From NCBI GenBank assembly GCA_965140415.1, contig OZ223209.1, positions 5,856,001 to 5,920,000 on the forward strand: 64,000 nucleotides of DNA, read 5' to 3'. The position numbers were made by a program, and so were the translations under genes. Numbering within the stretch: position 1 is the stretch's first letter; each line of letters opens with the position of its first letter. The notes under the pieces are model-generated. The model worked only from the letters and a program-made list of their open reading frames with translations. It did not search any database and had not been told where the DNA came from. The stretch comes from Myxococcota bacterium. Lineage in GTDB: Bacteria; Myxococcota_A; SURF-8. Shown one piece after another: positions 7,994-16,968 of the stretch.

Positions 7994-10900
7994 ATGAGAA
8001 ATCGTACTCTCCATTGGAGATTGATAGGGATTGCAATCGTCGGATGGTTTTGTCTATGCGGACTGCCGTTGGGGATTGCCCAGGAAAATGCAAAAGATGC
8101 AGTAGCGGCGCAAGCTGCTGAACCTCAAGCCGCACAAGTGCGGGAAACGCTTTTATTGCATTTTTCCGGTGATGGCGATGCTGAGCAAGCGGCTACAGGG
8201 TTGCAACTGTTGCTGTCCAGTCGTTTGCAGGGCAACCAGGATCTTTCTCTTGTCAACCGGCTGTTGGTGCTCGATGCGGCCAGTAAAGGACGTGTACTTA
8301 AAGGCAGAAGCCGCCTTTTTCGCAAGGATATCCCCTATCTGTGTTTGAAAACGGAATCCCGCCGTGCCGTGATTGGCTGGGTGGAATTGGATCTGGATGA
8401 AATCATCGTTACCCTGCGTGTATTCGATGGCGTCTCGGCGGAGAACCTGGCTTCCGTGGAATTGCGGGAGAACTACGCGCACCTGAGCAAGCTGGTGCAG
8501 CGTATGGCTGAATCGCTGGAACAACTTTTAGGGCGTAAAGTGCGGCTACCTGCCGCTCCTCCCAAAACGGAATCCATCGACCTGGAAGGATTGAAGCGGT
8601 TGGGGCAAGGCTGGCTTGCTCTGGAAAAGAAAGACCGCAATCCCGGTTTGTCCACGATGTTGGGTGCGCGCGATGAAGGCCTGGAAATCGGATCGGTAGT
8701 CGCTTCCTGGATCAATGAGAAAACGGCGCCCCTATTGGGGAAAAAGCTGACGAAATGGACGAAAGCCAACCAGGCGCTGTTGGCGGATCTGAGCGAGCAA
8801 CCCAAGCAGGCGTTGGAGTTATACGAATCAATCAAGCCGATCGGCAAACGCGGCTGGGAAATGGGAATTCGCCATGCTCGTCTGTTGTTACGCGAGAAAA
8901 AGTGGCCCCAGTTCAAAGCCTGGCTGAAAAAGCTGGGGAAAATTCAACCCAACGATGCGGAACTGGCCTTGCTAAACGGCTATCGCCTGATGAACGAGGG
9001 AAACAAGGCGCAGGCGTTGAAGTCTTGGGAAGCGGCCCTGTCCGGTGGAATCGAAAACCTGGAGGCTTTGCAAGCCTTGGCTCAAAACGCAGCGGCTGAA
9101 AACAACAAGTCGGAGGCTATTGAACTCTACACAAAGGCTGCACAACTGCTAAGCCGCCGGCATCGTAATGATAGCGCCAACGAGATGTTGTTATCTGCCT
9201 TGGAGCAGGGTGGACCGGAAACCCTGATGAACAAACTGTCTCTGCTGTCATTGACTCCAACCCAGAAGGAACGCCTACAGCGCTATACCGCAGCTCGTCA
9301 TACCTCGAAAACACAGGCCGATGTTTTCCTGGAAGCTCGCCAGGCCCGTCTGGCCGGAAAAGTCGCCGAGGCAGAAGAGCTGCTTTACAATGCCGCAGGG
9401 ATCGATGCCAAAAGCTTTGAGCCGAATCTTGCCGCAGGAAACTTCTTCTCCAATGAGAAACTGGATATCGACAAATCCATCCGGTTTTATGGGGCTGCCG
9501 TAAAGGCCAGCGACAACGATCCGCGCGCGTTGCTCGGATTGGCGTTAAGCTATCAGCGGGCGGATTTTTGCAACAAGGCGCAGGAGTCCTTCGAGAAACT
9601 ATTGAAGATCATTCCGGAAAACAGGCGCATTCAGCTTCTGCATACGGAAATGCTGCGAAATTGTGGACAAGCGGAAAAGGCCGAACAGCGAGTACAGCAA
9701 ATCGTGCAGCAGGATGCAGATTATGCTCCGGCTCTCATTAAGCTCGTTTCCTACTATGATATCACGCGCGACGCTCAGAAGCGCAACGCGGCCTTGAATG
9801 AGTTGAAATCTCTGGATGCGCGTGAATACCTGCTGCTGACCAAAGAACCGAAGGTCGTCAAGACGGAAGCGAAAAAAGAGAAGAAACCGCGCAAAAAGCG
9901 AACTCCGGTCAAGGTTCAATTCCCGATTACGAAAAATCTGATGAAAGCCGTCCCGACCGGTTTGGAACGCGTGGCGCTTGTCAGTAAAGATCGCCTGGAA
10001 ATGGGCTTTCTGGATCGTGTTTTCAATTGGCTCTTTTCCTTGTGGCGTATGAATCCTAAGCCTATCGGCAAGGATCTGGCCGCATTGATAAGCAATGAAG
10101 CCAAGTTGGTTCAGGATTCGGAAATCGCGGATATGATCCGGATTTATCCGGGGATGCGTCCTTTCCGTCCTGATAGTTTCGATAAGGTGACTGCTAAGTT
10201 CGACCTGAATGCGGTCGTACTTTACGATCTGGTGCAGCGCAAACAGGACGGCATGGATGTGGATCTGTACTGCTTCGTTCGCGGAGGCAGCGAAGTGCTC
10301 TATACCAGCGGACGGGTTTCCTTCAATTCGGAAAGGTTGCAAAAACGCAACGCGGGTATCGTGATTCCGCCTCTGCTGATGGTCGTGCTGATTGCCGGGT
10401 TGATTTTCTGGCGGCGTATGGGTGGTTTCGGTCGCGTGCGAGTGGAAATCAAATACGATCAGAAATTCGAGGAAGGATACTTCCTTGTGCGCTTGTCCAA
10501 GCGCAATACCAGTCAGCCTTTCCCTGTCGAGAAATTGAAGGGCATTGAATTCGACAGCAACCGTTCGGAAACGGAATTGAAAATTCGTTCGGTTTTCAAA
10601 TCCCGTTCTCCGCTGGTCACCGTTACGTCACTGAACGAAGCGAACCTGTATCGCGTGCCGCCGGGTAAGTATTTCGTTTTCGTGACCGGAATCATGTTCG
10701 ATTTGAAAACCCGTCAGCCGATCGGCACCTATGAAGTGACTCGGGAAACCGAGGTCGAAAAAGACCGCACCAGCGAAGTTCGCGTCAATATGGAAATTAC
10801 GGAAGCGTATGTCGAAGTGCGCGTCACTCAGGAAGTGATGGTTACGAAAACCGTAACGGAAACGGAAGACGGCGAAAGCAAGGAAGTGGAGCAGCAGGTT

Positions 10901-13348
10901 CTGCAACACCAGGAAATCGGTGGTGCGACGGTTGAAGTCAATAACGATGCCGCGCTGACCAAGGTGACGATCGAGGGTGAACCGGTTACCTATTATTTTG
11001 GCCTGGGAACCTATCAGATCAAAGCGAGTTACAACGATCTGGCAGCCGTTCATAATCTGAAAATCGAGGATACGACTCCCAAACTGATCGAGTTGAAACT
11101 GGTTGCCAAGAGCAAGGCAACCCTGGCGGCGTCGCCGCTTTCGCTGGATATGGATATGGATATGGGAGCGCCGATGGCGGATGTCAATGCCGAATTGAGC
11201 ATGGAAGACCTGTTAAGTAACAGTGATTCCAGTACGCCCACGGCATCCTCTTTCGACAAGCGCCCGGGCTCCAAAACGGAACCACCACAACCCATTGAAT
11301 TGTCCGATGATATCCTGACCGGACCCATCCCGACCATCACGCATGGTGCGCCACCCATCAACCCCGGTGCCGGTGATGCATCCCGTGGCCCGGTGGATCT
11401 GGAAGATGTCTTCGAAACATCGCGTGAAAGCGAACTGGAAAAGCTGTTCGAAGCGACCAGCGAATTGACCCCGGAGGCGGCTCGGGAGCAGTACCTCAAG
11501 CACGCCCGCGAAATGCAGCAGGCTCGCCGTTTCGACGAAGCGGCGGAATTGTTCATGCGCGCCGGGATGTACGATCAGGCCGCCGAGATGTGTCAGCGTA
11601 GTGGCAATCAACGTCTGACTTACAAAGTGTATGGCTATAACTACTTGAATTCAGGCAGCTTCCGCGAAGCGGTCGAAATGTTCAAATACGCCGATGAGCC
11701 ACTGCTGGAAGCGGAAGCCTTGGAAGGGCTGCGGCTGGTAGATGAAGCGAATCTGAAACGCGGTATCTACCACGAGCAGAGAGGCGATATCAGTCGCGCG
11801 TTGGATTATTACGAAAAGGCCGGAAACTGGGAGCATATCGGCGAGTTGCACGACCGCTTGCAGAATTTCCAACAGGCCGGAGAAGCTTTCTTCAGGGCGC
11901 GCAAGTACGAAAAAGCCGGAGATTGCTTCCTGCAAAGCCAGGATATCAAAAGCGCCGCCAAAGCATTTGAAATGGATGCTCAGTACATGCGGGCGGCAGA
12001 GTTGTACATGCAGTTGGGACCGAACGTCAAGATCTTCAGCTTGCTGGAAAAGGCCGGGCGTCACTGTGAAGCGGCGGAAGGCTACAAGAAGCACGGCCTG
12101 CTTGATGAAGCCGTGCATGCCTGTCAGCAAGTGGACCCCAGTAAAGAAGATTACCTGAAAGCCGCCCTGATCATGGGCAAAATCTTTATCGAGAAAAACG
12201 AACAGACCCTGGCGCGCAGTGTCTACGCCAAGGCGGTTGAAAACGCCAATATCACACAAGAAAAAATCGAAAGCTATTATGAGTTTGGCGTACTGATCCA
12301 GGAACAGGGTTTGATTCACGAAGCGAATGCGCTGTTCGAAAAACTGCAAACCGTCAAATACAACTATGCAGATGTGACTATTCGCATCCAGAATCTGAGC
12401 GAACGCATCGAGCAGGAACGCAAGGCTTACGGTACAGTGCCGCCTCCTGGAACGATTCCGCCCTTCCCCGGTTACCGGACGGCATCCACGGCGGCCAACT
12501 CTCTGTATCAAACGCCTACACCTTCCGCCGGTCAAACTCCGGTTTCCAGCCGCTACGTTTTCGAAAAAGAGCTGGGACGCGGCGCGATGGGTATTGTGTA
12601 CAAAGCCAAAGATACGGCGTTGGATCGTGTCGTCGCCTATAAAACGGTAAGTAACGCCATTAAGGAAAACCCGGCTTCGTTGAAGTATTTCCTTTCCGAG
12701 GCCAAGTCGTTGGCGGCGTTGAATCACGGCAACATCGTTACCGTATTCGACGTCGGACAGGAAGCGGACAACTTCTTCATCACCATGGAATACGTCGACG
12801 GGCGTTCTTTGGGCGACTTCATCATGGACAAAGGGCGGCTCACCATGAAAAACTGTGTGGTGATCGCGACCAAGATCTGTAACGCCTTGGAATATGCACA
12901 TAAAAACAATATCGTGCATCGCGACATCAAGCCGTCGAACATCATGATATCCAATAGCGGCGAAGTGAAAATCATGGACTTCGGCCTGGCCAAGATTATG
13001 ACCGAAGCGGTTATGGACAAAACCGTTGTGCGTGGCACGCCCCTGTATATGTCGCCTGAACAGGTGGAAGGCGTCGGTGTGGGACATCGCGCGGATCTGT
13101 ACTCTTTCGGAGTGACACTCTTCGAGATGGCTACCGGAACGTTGCCGTTTACCAAGGGCGATATCGCGTACCATCATTTGCATACTCCGCCGCCATCACC
13201 CGTCCGGTACAATCCATCCATTCCGGAAGGTTTGGAAAAGATCATTCTGAAGATGCTGGAAAAGACGCCGGAAGACCGTTACCAGAGTGCAACGGACATC
13301 AAGCGGGATCTGCAACCTATCCGGGAAGCCCTGCTGAGCGGCTCATGA
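7994..13348 (+). CDS. Large membrane Ser/Thr (Hanks-type) protein kinase with TPR-like repeats
   Basis: N-terminal signal-like segment, TPR-like region, single TM GIVIPPLLMVVLIAGLIFWRR, cytoplasmic helical repeats, C-terminal kinase with GRGAMG, VAYK, HRDIKPSN, DFG and GTPLYMSPE. Start uncertain. Confidence 0.88.
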   Translation: MRNRTLHWRLIGIAIVGWFCLCGLPLGIAQENAKDAVAAQAAEPQAAQVRETLLLHFSGDGDAEQAATGLQLLLSSRLQGNQDLSLVNRLLVLDAASKGRVLKGRSRLFRKDIPYLCLKTESRRAVIGWVELDLDEIIVTLRVFDGVSAENLASVELRENYAHLSKLVQRMAESLEQLLGRKVRLPAAPPKTESIDLEGLKRLGQGWLALEKKDRNPGLSTMLGARDEGLEIGSVVASWINEKTAPLLGKKLTKWTKANQALLADLSEQPKQALELYESIKPIGKRGWEMGIRHARLLLREKKWPQFKAWLKKLGKIQPNDAELALLNGYRLMNEGNKAQALKSWEAALSGGIENLEALQALAQNAAAENNKSEAIELYTKAAQLLSRRHRNDSANEMLLSALEQGGPETLMNKLSLLSLTPTQKERLQRYTAARHTSKTQADVFLEARQARLAGKVAEAEELLYNAAGIDAKSFEPNLAAGNFFSNEKLDIDKSIRFYGAAVKASDNDPRALLGLALSYQRADFCNKAQESFEKLLKIIPENRRIQLLHTEMLRNCGQAEKAEQRVQQIVQQDADYAPALIKLVSYYDITRDAQKRNAALNELKSLDAREYLLLTKEPKVVKTEAKKEKKPRKKRTPVKVQFPITKNLMKAVPTGLERVALVSKDRLEMGFLDRVFNWLFSLWRMNPKPIGKDLAALISNEAKLVQDSEIADMIRIYPGMRPFRPDSFDKVTAKFDLNAVVLYDLVQRKQDGMDVDLYCFVRGGSEVLYTSGRVSFNSERLQKRNAGIVIPPLLMVVLIAGLIFWRRMGGFGRVRVEIKYDQKFEEGYFLVRLSKRNTSQPFPVEKLKGIEFDSNRSETELKIRSVFKSRSPLVTVTSLNEANLYRVPPGKYFVFVTGIMFDLKTRQPIGTYEVTRETEVEKDRTSEVRVNMEITEAYVEVRVTQEVMVTKTVTETEDGESKEVEQQVLQHQEIGGATVEVNNDAALTKVTIEGEPVTYYFGLGTYQIKASYNDLAAVHNLKIEDTTPKLIELKLVAKSKATLAASPLSLDMDMDMGAPMADVNAELSMEDLLSNSDSSTPTASSFDKRPGSKTEPPQPIELSDDILTGPIPTITHGAPPINPGAGDASRGPVDLEDVFETSRESELEKLFEATSELTPEAAREQYLKHAREMQQARRFDEAAELFMRAGMYDQAAEMCQRSGNQRLTYKVYGYNYLNSGSFREAVEMFKYADEPLLEAEALEGLRLVDEANLKRGIYHEQRGDISRALDYYEKAGNWEHIGELHDRLQNFQQAGEAFFRARKYEKAGDCFLQSQDIKSAAKAFEMDAQYMRAAELYMQLGPNVKIFSLLEKAGRHCEAAEGYKKHGLLDEAVHACQQVDPSKEDYLKAALIMGKIFIEKNEQTLARSVYAKAVENANITQEKIESYYEFGVLIQEQGLIHEANALFEKLQTVKYNYADVTIRIQNLSERIEQERKAYGTVPPPGTIPPFPGYRTASTAANSLYQTPTPSAGQTPVSSRYVFEKELGRGAMGIVYKAKDTALDRVVAYKTVSNAIKENPASLKYFLSEAKSLAALNHGNIVTVFDVGQEADNFFITMEYVDGRSLGDFIMDKGRLTMKNCVVIATKICNALEYAHKNNIVHRDIKPSNIMISNSGEVKIMDFGLAKIMTEAVMDKTVVRGTPLYMSPEQVEGVGVGHRADLYSFGVTLFEMATGTLPFTKGDIAYHHLHTPPPSPVRYNPSIPEGLEKIILKMLEKTPEDRYQSATDIKRDLQPIREALLSGS

Positions 13349-13407
13349 GTTCTTGCTGCGCGTTGAAAGCCTTGCCGTATTCTTCGAACCTTGCACGATA
13401 AAAGAGG

Positions 13408-14850
13408 ATGCGTATGTCGATAGCTACCATCATTATGGCGGCGGGTCTGGGTACCCGGATGAAATCCGAAAAAGCCAAGGTATTGCACGAGTTGTGCGGC
13501 AAACCGCTGGTTTGCTATCCGGTGGAGCTTTCTTTGGCGCTCAAATGCGAGCGTGTCGCGGTGGTGGTCGGCCATCAGGCGGAACAGGTGAAATCCGTAC
13601 TGGCTTCGCGCTACGACAACCGGGTGCGAACCGCCCTGCAAAAAGAACAGCTTGGCACCGGTCACGCCGTGCTTTCCGCTCGATCGGCATTGCGTGGCTT
13701 TCATGGACAGGTGCTGATTCTCTCCGGCGATGTTCCCCTGCTGACGGCTAAAACCGTGCGCGCGTTGATGACCAAAGTCAAACGCACGAAATCCGTGTTG
13801 GGTTTCATCAGCAGCATGCTGCCCGATCCAACCGGCTACGGACGTGTAGTGCGTGACGAAAAGGGGCGGATTTTAAGCATCGTAGAGCAGCGTGATGCCA
13901 CCAAGGAGCAGCTTGCCATACAAGAAGGCAACATGGGGATCTATCTGGTGGACGCCGACTTCCTGTTCAAGGGTTTGAAGAAAGTCGGTACGGATAACGA
14001 TCAGGGAGAATACTACCTGCCGGATCTGATCCGAATCGCTAAAGAAAGTGGTTTGTCGGTCACGGCATTGGATGCTCCGGTCGAGCAATGCCTTGGAATC
14101 AATAATCGCAGCCAGCTGGCCGCCTTGCAGAAAATCATGAATCGGCAGACGTTGGAAGACCTGATGCTCTCCGGCGTGACTCTGCTGGACCCGGAATGCA
14201 CCTGGATCGATGCCGATGTGAAAATCGGAACGGATACGGTTATTTATCCCGGTTGTCGATTGCAAGGCAAGGTTCGTATCGGGAAAAACTGTATCATCGA
14301 AACCGGATCGGTTATTCGGGATTCCGAACTGGCGAACGACATCCGCGTTCAGCCGTATTCGGTGATTGAAGAGAGCCACGTCGACAGTGCCGTCCAGATC
14401 GGACCTTTCGCGCATCTGCGGCCTTTCAGCCGTATCGGCGAGGACTGTCATGTTGGGAACTTTGTGGAAACCAAGAAAAGTGTGCTGATGCCGGGCGTCA
14501 AAGCCAATCACCTGAGTTATCTGGGTGACGCCACCATCGGTCGCAATACGAATATCGGAGCGGGTACCATTACCTGTAACTACGATGGATACAGTAAATA
14601 CCCGACCGTGATCGGCGAGGAAGTTTTAGTCGGATCGGATACGCAGTTGATCGCGCCGGTAACGGTTCCCGACCGCGTAGTACTGGGTGCAGGCACCAGT
14701 TTGACCGCACAGGAAAAAGTTCCAGCCGGGGCGCTGGTGGTCATGCGTCCCCAGGCGCGGATTGTGGAAGGATTTCGCGACAAGCTGGAAGCCCGTTCCA
14801 AAAAGAACAAGAAGAAGACGGCGAAGAAAAAAAGCAGAAAAAAGGCTTAA
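13408..14850 (+). CDS. glmU: Bifunctional UDP-GlcNAc pyrophosphorylase / glucosamine-1-P acetyltransferase
   Basis: MAAGLGTRMKS, QLGTGHAV, hexapeptide repeats, GNFVETK, HLSYLGDA, GAGTITCNYDG. Confidence 0.97.
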   Translation: MRMSIATIIMAAGLGTRMKSEKAKVLHELCGKPLVCYPVELSLALKCERVAVVVGHQAEQVKSVLASRYDNRVRTALQKEQLGTGHAVLSARSALRGFHGQVLILSGDVPLLTAKTVRALMTKVKRTKSVLGFISSMLPDPTGYGRVVRDEKGRILSIVEQRDATKEQLAIQEGNMGIYLVDADFLFKGLKKVGTDNDQGEYYLPDLIRIAKESGLSVTALDAPVEQCLGINNRSQLAALQKIMNRQTLEDLMLSGVTLLDPECTWIDADVKIGTDTVIYPGCRLQGKVRIGKNCIIETGSVIRDSELANDIRVQPYSVIEESHVDSAVQIGPFAHLRPFSRIGEDCHVGNFVETKKSVLMPGVKANHLSYLGDATIGRNTNIGAGTITCNYDGYSKYPTVIGEEVLVGSDTQLIAPVTVPDRVVLGAGTSLTAQEKVPAGALVVMRPQARIVEGFRDKLEARSKKNKKKTAKKKSRKKA

Positions 14851-14909
14851 GCCGCTGACGAGGGAACATGCCGGAAATGAGACTGTTTCCGGTGAGATAG
14901 GAAACAGCC

Positions 14910-16739
14910 ATGTGTGGAATCGTCGGTTATATCGGACAGGAACAATGCGCGGAGTTATTGGTTGAAGGACTCAAGCGCTTGGAATATCGTGGGTACGACT
15001 CTGCCGGGCTGGCGGTATTCAACAACGGCAAAATCGATATCGTGCGCGCCGAAGGGAAGTTGGTGAATCTTTCCAATGCCTTATCGGAGCATGCATTGCC
15101 CGGCAGCGCGGGAATCGGTCACACCCGCTGGGCGACGCACGGCAAACCCTCCGAAATCAACGCACATCCTCACAAAGCGGGACCGGTAGTGGTGGTGCAT
15201 AACGGCATCATCGAAAATCATCTGGCCTTACGCAATGAATTGGAAGCGGAAGGGCGCAGTTTCAGTTCGGAAACGGACACGGAAATCATCAGCCACCTCA
15301 TCCACCGCGAACTGGAAAACGGAACGGATCTGGAAACGTCAGTGCGCCGGTCGCTTACGAAAATCAAAGGTTCCTATGCCATTGCGGTGCTTTGCGAGAG
15401 CGAACCGGATAAACTGATCGCCGCCCGCTTGTTTTCGCCATTGGTTCTGGGTCTGGGCGAGCAGGCCAATTACATCGCCAGCGACATTCCAGCCATCTTG
15501 AGCCACACACGCAAAGTCGTTTTTCTAGATGACGGCGACATGGCCGTGGTGACGGCGGATGGCGTTACAATCACCGATTTGAAGAACCGGCCTGTCGAAC
15601 GGGCGTTCACGAATATCGACTGGTCGCCGGTGATGGCGGAAAAGGGTGGCTACAAGCATTTCATGCTTAAAGAAATCCACGAGCAGCCGCGCGCCGTGGC
15701 GGATACCATCCGCGAGCGGGTATCTTTGGAGCGTGGCGACGTGACGATGGATGGTTTCGAACTGGACGCCGAATACCTTGTGGGTCTGGATCGTATCGTG
15801 ATCGTCGCCTGTGGAACGAGCTATCATGCGGCGCTGGTTGGAAAATTCTGGATCGAAAACCTGGCGCGCGTCCCGGTCGAAGTCGATATGGCCAGCGAAT
15901 TCCGCTACCGGAATCCTATTATTAATGAACATGTGCTGGTGATCTCGATTTCGCAGTCGGGTGAAACCGCCGATACACTGGCAGCCATTCAGGATGCCAA
16001 GGCGCAGGGAGCGAAAATCCTGTCGATCTGCAACGTGCTGGGATCTTCGATTCCGCGTCTGTCCGACTATACCATGTACACCCATGCCGGCCCGGAAATC
16101 GGGGTGGCTTCCACCAAGGCTTTTGTAACCCAGCTTTCCGCGTTGTATCTCTGCGCCATTTTCATGGCCCGGCGACTGCAACGCCTGGATGCTCGCAGCG
16201 CAGCGCATAAACTATTGGAACTAATACGCATTCCGGTTCTGCTGGAAGAAGTCTTACAGAACGAAAAGGAAATTCGGCGCATCGCCAAGCAATTCCATCA
16301 TGCCCGCGACTTTTTGTATATCGGGCGCTGGATCAATTATCCGATTGCCTTGGAAGGCGCTTTGAAACTTAAGGAAATCTCGTATATCCACGCGGAAGGT
16401 TATCCGGCGGGAGAAATGAAGCACGGTCCTATCGCTCTGGTAGACGAGCATCTGCCGGTGGTCACCATCGTAACCAAAAATCGGATCTACGAAAAAATCC
16501 TGTCCAACATGCAGGAAACTCAGGCGCGTAACGGCACTGTGATCGCCATCGCCAGCGAAGGCGACAGGGAAATCGAGAAGTACTCCGAATACGTAATCCG
16601 TATCCCGGAAATCGAAGAGGAGTTGGAACCGCTACTGACGGTTGTACCTTTGCAAATGCTGGCATATTACATTGCGGACTACAATGGAACCGATGTCGAT
16701 CAACCACGCAACCTGGCAAAATCCGTCACGGTGGAATAA
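14910..16739 (+). CDS. glmS: Glutamine--fructose-6-phosphate aminotransferase
   Basis: MCGIVG N-terminus, GHTRWATHG, SQSGETADT, C-terminal DQPRNLAKSVTVE. Confidence 0.98.
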   Translation: MCGIVGYIGQEQCAELLVEGLKRLEYRGYDSAGLAVFNNGKIDIVRAEGKLVNLSNALSEHALPGSAGIGHTRWATHGKPSEINAHPHKAGPVVVVHNGIIENHLALRNELEAEGRSFSSETDTEIISHLIHRELENGTDLETSVRRSLTKIKGSYAIAVLCESEPDKLIAARLFSPLVLGLGEQANYIASDIPAILSHTRKVVFLDDGDMAVVTADGVTITDLKNRPVERAFTNIDWSPVMAEKGGYKHFMLKEIHEQPRAVADTIRERVSLERGDVTMDGFELDAEYLVGLDRIVIVACGTSYHAALVGKFWIENLARVPVEVDMASEFRYRNPIINEHVLVISISQSGETADTLAAIQDAKAQGAKILSICNVLGSSIPRLSDYTMYTHAGPEIGVASTKAFVTQLSALYLCAIFMARRLQRLDARSAAHKLLELIRIPVLLEEVLQNEKEIRRIAKQFHHARDFLYIGRWINYPIALEGALKLKEISYIHAEGYPAGEMKHGPIALVDEHLPVVTIVTKNRIYEKILSNMQETQARNGTVIAIASEGDREIEKYSEYVIRIPEIEEELEPLLTVVPLQMLAYYIADYNGTDVDQPRNLAKSVTVE

Positions 16740-16968
16740 GACCGGAGATTGAGGTTGCATCGACGGGGTAGAGAGCGGTAAAATAGACGGGATAGCGAAC
16801 ATCAACCGAGTCAAGCACCGGAAGATGGAGAGGGAAGGAAAACTGGGCCGTCATTAACTCCGATGCGGGAGCGACGCGCCCTTTTGTTTTATTCGGGTGA
16901 AATGACCGAATTATCGGACTCATCGGAAGTGACTATCAGCTACGAATCCGGGTTGTCTGGAGGCAGAA

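Noticed and set aside
11651-13183. Long antisense ORF (510 aa) and many similar shadow ORFs, e.g. 17944-18906, 18952-20025, 38104-39171, 53982-54896, 60930-61910
   Set aside because: They lie opposite well-supported genes, lack recognisable motifs and are expected from codon bias in GC-rich DNA.
14851-14909. glmS ribozyme
   Set aside because: Only 59 nt separate glmU and glmS, too short for the ribozyme, and no matching core was seen.
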